In this document: piece after piece, positions 41,198 to 49,061 of the stretch
How positions within the stretch are numbered: the first letter of the stretch is position 1
Layout of the letters: every line of letters begins with the position of its first letter
Source of the DNA: an uncultured Akkermansia sp.
GTDB taxonomy: Bacteria; Verrucomicrobiota; Verrucomicrobiia; Verrucomicrobiales; Akkermansiaceae
Length of the DNA stretch: 64,000 nucleotides
Direction of reading: 5' to 3'
Assembly (NCBI GenBank): GCA_944390825.1
Contig: CALXRG010000007.1
Location: 35,245 to 99,244 of the forward strand
Notes under the pieces: model-generated
Seen by the model: only the letters and a program-made list of their open reading frames with translations
The model's database searches: none
What the model was told of the DNA's origin: nothing
Program-made: the position numbers and the translations under genes

Positions 41198-42109
41198 ATG
41201 GCACACCATTCTCCCCTTCTCTTTGCACCACCGGCGCTCGCGGACGCATCAGCCGTGCGCGACGTGACGCTGCATGCGCGGGCCATGGGGAGCGACTTGG
41301 CGTTTGCAAACATCTATCTGCTTCAGCATAAGTATCATACAACAATCTGCATCCAGGACGGAATCCTCTACCGGCATTTCTCGGACAACGCGCGGCTCAG
41401 GGGTTATGCCTTTCCCTGCGGCGCAACAGATGCTGCAGCGGCCGATCACGCCCTGCGACTGATTGAAGCAGATGCACAAGCCCGGCAGCAGCAGCTGTCT
41501 TTTTGCCTGCTGACCGATGCCGATGCCCGGCTGCTGCAGCAACTCAGACCCAATCGCTTTGTATATACCTCAGACAGGGGCAATGCTGATTATCTGTACC
41601 GGCAAACGGATCTCTCCCAACTGCCCGGCACACCATACCACGCCAAGCGTAACCATCTGGCCCGGTTCAACCGCCTCCACCCGGAGTGGACATTCATTCC
41701 CTTTTCCGGAGAACGCGAGGCGGATGCCCGCTATGTTGCTGATGCCTGGTTTGATGCCTCTGACCGGAGTCCGGCCCTTGAGCACGAGCATCACGCCATC
41801 TGCCATGCCTTGCGCGCCGCCAGCGATCTTCAACTGACCGGCGGACTCATCTATGTGCAGGAGCAACCCATAGCCCTGGCCCTGAGCAGCTTCATCTCCC
41901 CGGAAGTGGCCGACATCCACTATGAAAAATGCCACCCTGATTTCCGCGTTGCTTACGCCGTGATCAATCACAGCATGGCCGGATTCCTGACATCAGCCGC
42001 CTACATCAACCGCGAGGAAGATATGAACGTCGACGGTCTCCGAAAAGCCAAACTGTCCTACCGCCCTGCCCTGCTCCTCAATAAATGGGATGCCGTACCC
42101 TGTCAGTAA
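41198..42109 (+). CDS. DUF2156 (phosphatidylglycerol lysyltransferase C-terminal-like) domain protein
   Basis: DRGNADYLY, YHAKRNH, HYEKC, YINREEDMNVDGLRKAKLSYRP. Confidence 0.85.
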   Translation: MAHHSPLLFAPPALADASAVRDVTLHARAMGSDLAFANIYLLQHKYHTTICIQDGILYRHFSDNARLRGYAFPCGATDAAAADHALRLIEADAQARQQQLSFCLLTDADARLLQQLRPNRFVYTSDRGNADYLYRQTDLSQLPGTPYHAKRNHLARFNRLHPEWTFIPFSGEREADARYVADAWFDASDRSPALEHEHHAICHALRAASDLQLTGGLIYVQEQPIALALSSFISPEVADIHYEKCHPDFRVAYAVINHSMAGFLTSAAYINREEDMNVDGLRKAKLSYRPALLLNKWDAVPCQ

Positions 42110-42120
42110 TAGGAACATCC

Positions 42121-42364
42121 TGCGCAACATGAAAAGCAACCCCCGTCTCCCCTAGCTCCCCCTTCCGCTCCACGTCCCCTCCTTCCGCTCCACGCTTTTC
42201 ATCCACCCCGCCCTCCTCCTCCACCCCACGCTCACCCTTTCGCTCCACGCCTTCACCTCCACTTCACCCCTTTCCTCTCACCCCCTTCCTTCCTCTCCCT
42301 TACACCTCATCTCTTCTATACGTCCCTTCTCTTCTTTAGCCCCTTCCCTCCCTGACTGCCTCCC
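42121..42364 (+). repeat. Pyrimidine-rich, G-poor low-complexity tract with three copies of CCTT(C/T)CGCTCCACG
   Basis: Copies at 42161, 42181 and 42236; the rest is almost all C/T runs. Confidence 0.8.
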
Positions 42365-42913
42365 ATGCTTACTTCCATCTTTTCTCCTCAGCAATGCTCC
42401 ACGTGCAAACTCTGCTGCAACTTTCACCGCAGCTCCTCTTGGGAAACACCATTCCTTGAACCCGACCTGGTGCGGCAGTTGCAGGTGTTCCATGTGGAAC
42501 TTTTGAAACGACCCGATGGATCCTTCACATTTAAGCTTCCCTTTCAAACAAACAGTGACTCCGAATCCGCGAATTGTCCCATGCTTGACCCATCGAGCGG
42601 GTGCCGTCTTCCCCGGGAGCAACGCCCCTTCGAGTGTCGCATCTGGCCACTGCGCGTGATGAGGCTGGAAACCGGGTCTGCTGTTCTGGGGTGTTATGAA
42701 GCCTGTCCGGCCCTGGATGCTGCTACATTTGCCAAGCTCAGCGACTTTGCTCACGTGTCATTGCGGCAGCTTATCGTCGATCACGCTATGCGTTTTCCCC
42801 AGACCATCCGGTCATATCATCCACACTACCGCATTTTGGAAGCTCTGCCTGAACTCGACGGTTCGGATTCTTCCTTTGCAGGAACAGCAGATAACCGTTC
42901 CCTTTCTGAGTAG
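42365..42913 (+). CDS. YkgJ-family cysteine-cluster protein
   Basis: CSTCKLCC ... CPMLD...GC...RPFECRIWP. Confidence 0.8.
   Translation: MLTSIFSPQQCSTCKLCCNFHRSSSWETPFLEPDLVRQLQVFHVELLKRPDGSFTFKLPFQTNSDSESANCPMLDPSSGCRLPREQRPFECRIWPLRVMRLETGSAVLGCYEACPALDAATFAKLSDFAHVSLRQLIVDHAMRFPQTIRSYHPHYRILEALPELDGSDSSFAGTADNRSLSE
42486..42501. promoter_or_regulatory. parS: parS-like site (inside the YkgJ ORF)
   Basis: TGTTCCATGTGGAACT compared with the known consensus TGTT(T/C)CACGTG(A/G)AACA. Confidence 0.6.
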
Positions 42914-43262
42914 TGCGTGCGCCCCCCCCTGCCCTCGTGCGTATATTCAGCGACCTCTCCCAGCTCCATCAATACATGCAGCAAGCTCACCTGGAAGCTG
43001 ATCCTGCGCTTTCGCAAAGCTGCCCCTTCGAGGTGAACAGTGGGATCTGTTTCCCAACAGGAGACATCATCGCACAAACCATTCACAGCAAAAAAGCAGT
43101 TTTCCTTCAAGACTGGCAAGCAGCGCACGCTGCGCTGAGGCCGACAGCCGGGCATGTGATCTCGTCTTCACAGCAACGGTGATAAAAACAATAAAAAGCG
43201 TGGTCTCTGCCGTACCACGCTTTTTAATGCCATCTTGCTGCATCGCTACAGCCGAAAAGTTC

Positions 43263-43440
43263 ACCGCTGTGCCGTCAGTGGATGAAGAGCCACGTTCCCT
43301 TCAGTAAGGTGGGTGCGAAGCCAGGATTTATCTGAGGTATCCCCTATTGGGACGGAACATCAAATCCTGATACTTGAATGCCCCATGTTTGATAACAACG
43401 GTCCGGGCCTTGAGGTCCACGCGTCACGAGCACAGCAGCT
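43263..43440 (-). ncRNA. ssrS: 6S RNA
   Basis: About 178 nt. The 5' GCUGCUGUGC pairs fully with the 3' GCACAGCGGU; GUGGA/UCCAC, UGGG-GC/GC-A-CCCA and CAGGAUUU/AAAUCCUG form a rod with a central bubble; a promoter places the start at about 43440. Confidence 0.82.
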
Positions 43441-43446
43441 GTCTTA

Positions 43447-43475
43447 TATATAGCATGGCACCCCACTTTCTGCAA
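43447..43475 (-). promoter_or_regulatory. Promoter of the 6S RNA
   Basis: Minus strand TTGCAG-17-TATATA with TGC extended -10. Confidence 0.55.
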
Positions 43476-43529
43476 GTATTTTCTTCGCTTTTTAGCATAA
43501 CAGGTATTCATCACAGGCAGTATAAGTAT

Positions 43530-43545
43530 TGTTCCATATGGAACA
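43530..43545. promoter_or_regulatory. parS: parS-like site between the 6S and argS promoters
   Basis: Perfect 16-bp palindrome TGTTCCATATGGAACA, identical to 47034-47049. Confidence 0.75.
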
Positions 43546-43567
43546 TCTGGTTTCATTTGACATTGAT

Positions 43568-43596
43568 TTGACAAAACTATGAGAAATGTGTATAAA
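43568..43596 (+). promoter_or_regulatory. sigma70-like promoter of argS
   Basis: TTGACA-17-TATAAA, 14 nt before the ATG. Confidence 0.8.
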
Positions 43597-43610
43597 GAGC
43601 TCAGCATACC

Positions 43611-45365
43611 ATGACGATACCGACATTACTTTCTGAACAACTGACAACGTCACTGGCGAAGGTATTGGGTGATACCCTGCCGGCAGGTTTTGAAGCGAGT
43701 GTAACTGCTTCCCAGGACCTGCGCTTTGGCGACTACCAGAGCAACGCTGCCATGATGCTGGCCAAACAAGCAAAGATGAACCCACGCGCCTTGGCGACTC
43801 AGGTGGCAGAGGCTTTTGGTGAGAGTGAAATTGCTACGGCCGAGATTGCCGGCCCTGGATTCATCAATTTCCGCGTGAAACCATCGTATTTTGCGAAGCG
43901 CGCACAAATGATGCTTGGTGATGAGCGGTTGGGTGTTGCTAAGACGTCTCAGCCGAAAACGCTGGTGATTGATTTCTCTGCTCCGAATGTGGCGAAGCCG
44001 ATGCACGTTGGTCATATCCGCTCGACTATTATCGGCGACACTCTTGGCCGCCTGGCACGTTTCATGGGGCACACGGTGATCACGGACAATCATATTGGGG
44101 ACTGGGGGACACAGTTCGGTATGATTCTCTGGGGCTGGAAAAACCTGCTGAAGCAGGAAGATCTGGAGAAAGACCCCATTGAAGCACTGCTGGCAGTTTA
44201 CAAGAAAGTGAACGCCATGTGCAAGGAGGACCCTGCTCTGCTTCCGGTGTGCAAGGAGGAACTGGTCAAACTTCAGAGCGGCGACAAAGAAAATCTCGAC
44301 ATCTGGAAACGCTGCATTGCTGTCACCAAAACAGGTCTGGAGAAGATTTACAACCAGCTGGATATCCATTTTGACTACTGGCTGGGCGAAAGCGCCTACA
44401 ATGATGCTCTGGCCCCGCTTGTTGATGATTTGCTGGCCAAAGGAATCGCACGTGTGAGCGACGGTGCTGTCTGTGTCTTTTCAGATGGCTTCCACAAGCC
44501 ACAGGAAGACCCCTTCCTCGTGCAGAAAGACGGTGAATGGGTTCCCGTACCAGCCATCATCCGCAAAGCGGACGGCGGATTCCTGTACGCCACGACAGAT
44601 CTTGCTACGCTGGATTACCGTACAAAGCATTTTCAAGCTGACTCAATCTGGTACGTTGTCGGCGCACCTCAGGAAAAACACTTCAAGCAGATCTTCGACA
44701 TCGAACGCATGCGCGGCGTAAGCGGTGACTTCCGTCACGTCGCTTTTGGTTCGATTCTGGGTAAGGATCGCCGTCCGTTCAAGACGCGTTCAGGAGACAC
44801 GGTAAGCCTCCAGGACGTCATCGATGAGGCAATTGCCCGAGCGACGAAAGTTGTCGAGGAGAAAAGTCCGGATATGCCCGAGGATGAAAAGTCACACGTG
44901 GCACAAATCGTGGGTATTGGCGCAATTAAGTTTGCTGAGCTGTCCCAGAATCGTCTGAGTGACTACATTTTTGACTGGGACAAGATGCTGGCGCTTACCG
45001 GCGACACAGCTCCCTATCTTCAAAACTCATACGTTCGCGTGCGCTCTATTTTCCGCAAAATTGACGGTGAATTTAAAGCACCGGCTTCTCTCACCCTGTC
45101 CGAGGATGCAGAAATTCACCTGGCCAGACTTTTGGTGCGTTATGCAGAAGTTGTCCCGTCTACACTGGATGATTGCAAGCCGAACCTGCTTGCCGCCTAC
45201 CTCTATGAATTGGCACGCGCCTTCCACAGCTTCTACGAGGCCTGCCCGGTTCTCCGCAGCGAAGGCGATGTGAGGGAGTCTCGCCTAGCTCTTTGTGAGC
45301 TCACGGCGCGCGTTCTCAAGCAAGGAATGGGTCTTCTCGGAATCGAAATGCCAGACCGCATGTAA
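43611..45365 (+). CDS. argS: Arginine--tRNA ligase
   Basis: FGDYQSN, DFSAPNVAKPMHVGHIRS, GDWGTQFG, FKTRSG, GDTAPYLQ and DALR anticodon domain. Confidence 0.97.
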   Translation: MTIPTLLSEQLTTSLAKVLGDTLPAGFEASVTASQDLRFGDYQSNAAMMLAKQAKMNPRALATQVAEAFGESEIATAEIAGPGFINFRVKPSYFAKRAQMMLGDERLGVAKTSQPKTLVIDFSAPNVAKPMHVGHIRSTIIGDTLGRLARFMGHTVITDNHIGDWGTQFGMILWGWKNLLKQEDLEKDPIEALLAVYKKVNAMCKEDPALLPVCKEELVKLQSGDKENLDIWKRCIAVTKTGLEKIYNQLDIHFDYWLGESAYNDALAPLVDDLLAKGIARVSDGAVCVFSDGFHKPQEDPFLVQKDGEWVPVPAIIRKADGGFLYATTDLATLDYRTKHFQADSIWYVVGAPQEKHFKQIFDIERMRGVSGDFRHVAFGSILGKDRRPFKTRSGDTVSLQDVIDEAIARATKVVEEKSPDMPEDEKSHVAQIVGIGAIKFAELSQNRLSDYIFDWDKMLALTGDTAPYLQNSYVRVRSIFRKIDGEFKAPASLTLSEDAEIHLARLLVRYAEVVPSTLDDCKPNLLAAYLYELARAFHSFYEACPVLRSEGDVRESRLALCELTARVLKQGMGLLGIEMPDRM

Positions 45366-45370
45366 TTCCT

Positions 45371-46885
45371 ATGTTTCACATGGAACATTTTTGCAAGGCT
45401 GCCGCAATGGTTGTTGCGGCAGCCTTGCCACTTTGGGCTGGGACGAAAAACGGCACGTGGTCGTTTTCACAAGCTGCTTCATCAACTTCGCCGAAGTCAA
45501 TCCTTATGCCGGGGGAATGTTTCGTGGCTATTCCTCAAGGCCAGGACGATGCTGAAGCGAGCGAGTTAACGAATCAAGCGCTGCAGGAGCTTCTTCTTGG
45601 GGATCAGGAGCAGGCTTTTCGCCTGTTGACGCAGGCGATTGATTTAGCTCCGGACTCACTTTTGCCGCATGCTGCGCTGCTGGCTACAGGCTTATTATCT
45701 GACGCGACTGCACAACAGGAGCATGTTGATCACATCAGGCATTTGATTACTCTGAATCCCATGTTGACGCCTGCGGAGGAAACGGCCATGGCGTGGCTCC
45801 TTGATCTCGCCCGCGGAGAACATAATGAGGCATTGAAGAAAATCCAGGCTCACACGCAACGCTACCGAAACGATGTCTATACGCGCTGCTGGGAAATATT
45901 GCTGCTGCATTATGCCGGTCCCGGTTACGATCTCCTGGGCAACGCGTCGCCTGATCAGCAGCAAGCCGAGCAGCAGGCTGCAACACTCTTCTCACAAAAA
46001 CCAGACAACGGCCTGTCCTGCTTTGTCCGTGCACTTGTCGAAGAAGGGCGCCCCACAGTCACAGCCGAAGCATGCGAGGCTGCAAAACGCGCGGCAGGTT
46101 TTCTTCCACATCATCCCATCGCTCAGCAACTCTGTGCCCATATGCTGTACCGAGCTGGCCACTATGAAAACGTGGGGCACTATCTGCAACTGGCTCAACA
46201 ATGTCTCGACCAGCGCGAGCAAGCAAGGGAAGGGGAGTCATCCCGCTCATTATCTGCTGAGCGCAGCATCCAGCTCAGGCTCTATGAGGCTACTCTCTAC
46301 TCGACGCTCCGCATGGAAAAGAAAGCACTTGCTTTAAGGCGTTCCCTGAACGCCATACCGCTGCTGACCGGAGAAAACGCCGCTCGGGCTGATCAAATTC
46401 TGCTTCGCTGGGAAGCCCATACACTGCCTTTGCGTATCCTGTTCCTGCCCGGAGTCAAGCTGACTTCCTCCTGGATAAAAGCAGCATCCCGCGCCGCCAC
46501 CGTACCCGATAACTGTACCATATCCCCGAACGAACAGCACGCTCTTCATTCCGTGCGGGATTGCCTGGAAGCTTCTCTGAACGCGATTCTCTTCGCCAAG
46601 TCCAAGCAATACAGCAAAGCCCAGCAACATCTCCAGAGAGCAGAAAGCTTCGCAAAGCAATTGCAAGAGCAGGCACCGGCAGCAGCCAGTTCGCACCCAT
46701 CGCTTAAGCGCTATCTGACACGCCAGCTGGAGGCCTGCACCATCGCCATCAATCTCGCGAAAAAAGCTATCCATCCTGAGCAGGCAGATACATGGAATGC
46801 TGCCATCCGTGATGCGACCAGACCCCCCTCGGTCATGTTGCCGCCAGTCATTCCTCCCGTCTGCGCTGACTCCAAGCCGTCTTAA
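45371..46885 (+). CDS. Exported alpha-helical (TPR-like) hypothetical protein; exact start uncertain
   Basis: Signal-like AMVVAAALPLWAG; Ala/Leu/Gln-rich helical repeats such as AFRLLTQAIDLAPD. Confidence 0.65.
   Translation: MFHMEHFCKAAAMVVAAALPLWAGTKNGTWSFSQAASSTSPKSILMPGECFVAIPQGQDDAEASELTNQALQELLLGDQEQAFRLLTQAIDLAPDSLLPHAALLATGLLSDATAQQEHVDHIRHLITLNPMLTPAEETAMAWLLDLARGEHNEALKKIQAHTQRYRNDVYTRCWEILLLHYAGPGYDLLGNASPDQQQAEQQAATLFSQKPDNGLSCFVRALVEEGRPTVTAEACEAAKRAAGFLPHHPIAQQLCAHMLYRAGHYENVGHYLQLAQQCLDQREQAREGESSRSLSAERSIQLRLYEATLYSTLRMEKKALALRRSLNAIPLLTGENAARADQILLRWEAHTLPLRILFLPGVKLTSSWIKAASRAATVPDNCTISPNEQHALHSVRDCLEASLNAILFAKSKQYSKAQQHLQRAESFAKQLQEQAPAAASSHPSLKRYLTRQLEACTIAINLAKKAIHPEQADTWNAAIRDATRPPSVMLPPVIPPVCADSKPS
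45372..45387. promoter_or_regulatory. parS: parS-like site just after the argS stop
   Basis: TGTTTCACATGGAACA. Confidence 0.7.
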
Positions 46886-47033
46886 ACAGCATTCGTAAGA
46901 CTCAGCAACCCCACAACGCAGACACGACAAACCCACAACCGCAGACACGAATATGCAACCCGGTTGTGGGCGGCTGATGCCTGCAGAAGTGGCTGTAAAG
47001 ATACCTGCAAAACGATGTTTAGGTTCCCCTTAA

Positions 47034-47049
47034 TGTTCCATATGGAACA
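47034..47049. promoter_or_regulatory. parS: parS-like site
   Basis: Perfect palindrome TGTTCCATATGGAACA in an intergenic spacer. Confidence 0.75.
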
Positions 47050-47085
47050 AAATTGTGGCAAACAAGTTGCACCAGCTCCCTGTAC

Positions 47086-47114
47086 TTGACCACATGGCTC
47101 TTCTGTGGTAGGAT
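47086..47114 (+). promoter_or_regulatory. sigma70-like promoter of the lipoprotein gene (leaderless type)
   Basis: TTGACC-17-TAGGAT with TGG extended -10; 6 nt to the ATG. Confidence 0.72.
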
Positions 47115-47120
47115 GCTTTC

Positions 47121-47756
47121 ATGAACCGAACAATGTTCCGTAAGGCTGTGCTGCTTCTGCTTCCGCTGCTTCTGCCTTCCTGCGCCTATCTCCAAACGCA
47201 CAAAAATATCAAGGAAATAGGTGCAGTATATGATGGCTTCGAGCTTGATAATACCACCACGCTATACCGCCAGGGTAATCAATGGTACATGGCAGTCAGC
47301 AAATGTAAAATGACAAAGGAGTATCCGGCGCTGCATGATAATGTCATGTTTACCGAGCAGAATCAGGATCCCCGGTTTGAAGAACTCACTGGTGTGGAAG
47401 GTAACAAACAGACCGTATACGTTCCTGTTTCCTCTGCCACGGCACAAGTTCTTCAACACAACAATGGTTATTTTACGAAGTCGGTTCTGCTGCAGGAGTT
47501 GAAAGATAACATATCCTTAGCCCGGACAACTTTGCCGGGCAAGTCAGCGCATTCCATTTGCGCTGCCGTTGAAGGAAAACAAACGTCCTTTACAATCGAC
47601 TCTTCGCGCAGTCCTCAAAAGCCCGGTGCAGCGCTGACGGCCGTCAGTTGGGTGGATCGGGTAGTCATCGACTGGCCCGGTACCTTGGTTTACAATGTCT
47701 GTATTCCCTTCATGGCACCCTTCGCCTTCTTCTCTGATTTCCTCTCAGACAATTGA
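47121..47756 (+). CDS. Hypothetical lipoprotein
   Basis: MNRTMFRKAVLLLLPLLLPSC lipoprotein signal; conserved-looking C-terminus VIDWPGTLVYN. Confidence 0.75.
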   Translation: MNRTMFRKAVLLLLPLLLPSCAYLQTHKNIKEIGAVYDGFELDNTTTLYRQGNQWYMAVSKCKMTKEYPALHDNVMFTEQNQDPRFEELTGVEGNKQTVYVPVSSATAQVLQHNNGYFTKSVLLQELKDNISLARTTLPGKSAHSICAAVEGKQTSFTIDSSRSPQKPGAALTAVSWVDRVVIDWPGTLVYNVCIPFMAPFAFFSDFLSDN

Positions 47757-48002
47757 TAATCAATCTGTTATATTCATATTAACCAAAATTGTGAATAAGT
47801 CTGTGAATAAAGCGTGCGTGGAACTGTGCGTAAGATTTACTCACGTTCTTCATTCTGGTATCAACCGACTTACTCACTGTGTCAGGCAGATGTAAAAAGT
47901 TGAATGCGAAGTCCAAAGTGCAGTTATCAACATATCAACACGGCTGATGACGATGAATTTATTTTAAGTATAAATTCATCTTTCAGCACTCACACATGAT
48001 AA
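47757..48002. other. Candidate replication origin (oriC): DnaA-box cluster plus AT-rich element
   Basis: TGTGAATAA at 47790 and 47802 (perfect TTWTNCACA on the minus strand); TGTGCGTAA at 47825 and TTATCAACA at 47924 (1 mismatch); TTACTCACG at 47837, TTACTCACT at 47870 and ATATCAACA at 47932 (2 mismatches); 24/29 A+T at 47952-47980; four parS-like sites within about 5 kb. Confidence 0.65.
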
Positions 48003-49061
48003 ATGAACATAGCGGAGGAAAGAGAAGCAGAAGATAAGCGCTGGATGCAGCGGGCAGTCAGTTTGGGCTACCGTGGTTGGGGCACCACAAGTCCCAATCC
48101 GCCTGTCGGGGCTGTTATCGTTAAAGGCGGCTGCGTCCTGGGTGAAGGCTTTCACGAGCGGGCAGGGGAACCTCATGCTGAACGCCGGGCTTTGGCTGAT
48201 GCCCGTGCTCGCGGTCATGCGTCTGAACTCCGTGGCGCCACGATTTATGTGACGCTTGAACCCTGTTCCAGCTATGGTCGCACGCCACCCTGCACAGATG
48301 CCATTCTTGAATCCGGCATCGCCCGGGTAGTCTATGGGGCGCAGGATCCTGATCCACGCCACCAGGGCCGCGCAGACGGGCTTTTACGGGCGGCCGGCAT
48401 CGATGTTTCAGCAGGGGTAGAGCAGGGGGCCTGTAAGCAGCTTCTGCGGCCCTGGATTTACGCCACCTTGCACAGACGCCCGTGGGTGCTGGCTAAGGTA
48501 GCATGCACGCTTGACGGAAGCATGGCCAGAAAGTACACCCGCTGGGTCAGCAGCCCGGAAGCTCTGGCGTACGCGCATGAGTGCCGCTTGCGCAGCGACG
48601 CTATTCTCGTGGGTGGTCAAACAGTGCGCAGCGATGACCCCTCGCTGACCATTCGGCAGCCCCTTTCTGCCATTCCTGAAAAAAAGCGCCAACCCTGGCG
48701 CATCGTCCTTACCCGCGACCCTCATTCCCTCCCACCCACGGCCAAGGTTTTCACAGACGCTTACGCTGAAAGAACCCTGGTGTACAGCAACGTCGCGAAT
48801 TTACCTGATCTGCTGGCTGAATTATACAGCCAATACGGCATTATCACGCTGATGCTTGAGTGCGGCGGACATTTGCTGCGGTCGTTTTTGGAAGAGCACC
48901 TGGTCAATGAATGGGTACAGGATATAGCGCCCATTTTAGCTGGCAACGGACAACCCATGCTTCCAGGAGGGTACTTGCCCGGTGAAGCCCATTTGGAAAT
49001 CTCCGAGATGCAGCAATGTGGCGTTGACCGCATCCTGCGCGGAATGATACGATACAGTTGA
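48003..49061 (+). CDS. ribD: Bifunctional riboflavin biosynthesis deaminase/reductase
   Basis: TSPNPPVGAVIVK, HAE, TLEPC...TPPC, TLDG, GGQTVRSDDPSLT, LECGG. Confidence 0.96.
   Translation: MNIAEEREAEDKRWMQRAVSLGYRGWGTTSPNPPVGAVIVKGGCVLGEGFHERAGEPHAERRALADARARGHASELRGATIYVTLEPCSSYGRTPPCTDAILESGIARVVYGAQDPDPRHQGRADGLLRAAGIDVSAGVEQGACKQLLRPWIYATLHRRPWVLAKVACTLDGSMARKYTRWVSSPEALAYAHECRLRSDAILVGGQTVRSDDPSLTIRQPLSAIPEKKRQPWRIVLTRDPHSLPPTAKVFTDAYAERTLVYSNVANLPDLLAELYSQYGIITLMLECGGHLLRSFLEEHLVNEWVQDIAPILAGNGQPMLPGGYLPGEAHLEISEMQQCGVDRILRGMIRYS

Noticed and set aside
42913-43182. 89-aa plus-strand ORF (and overlapping 109-aa minus ORF) downstream of 6S
   Set aside because: No recognisable motif (not a 5-formyl-THF cyclo-ligase as found after many ssrS genes) and no clear codon bias; left uncalled.
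47941-47960. TGATGACGATGA as DnaA-trio repeats
   Set aside because: Orientation and sequence do not match the 3'-GAT-5' trio pattern relative to the adjacent box, so it is not claimed.
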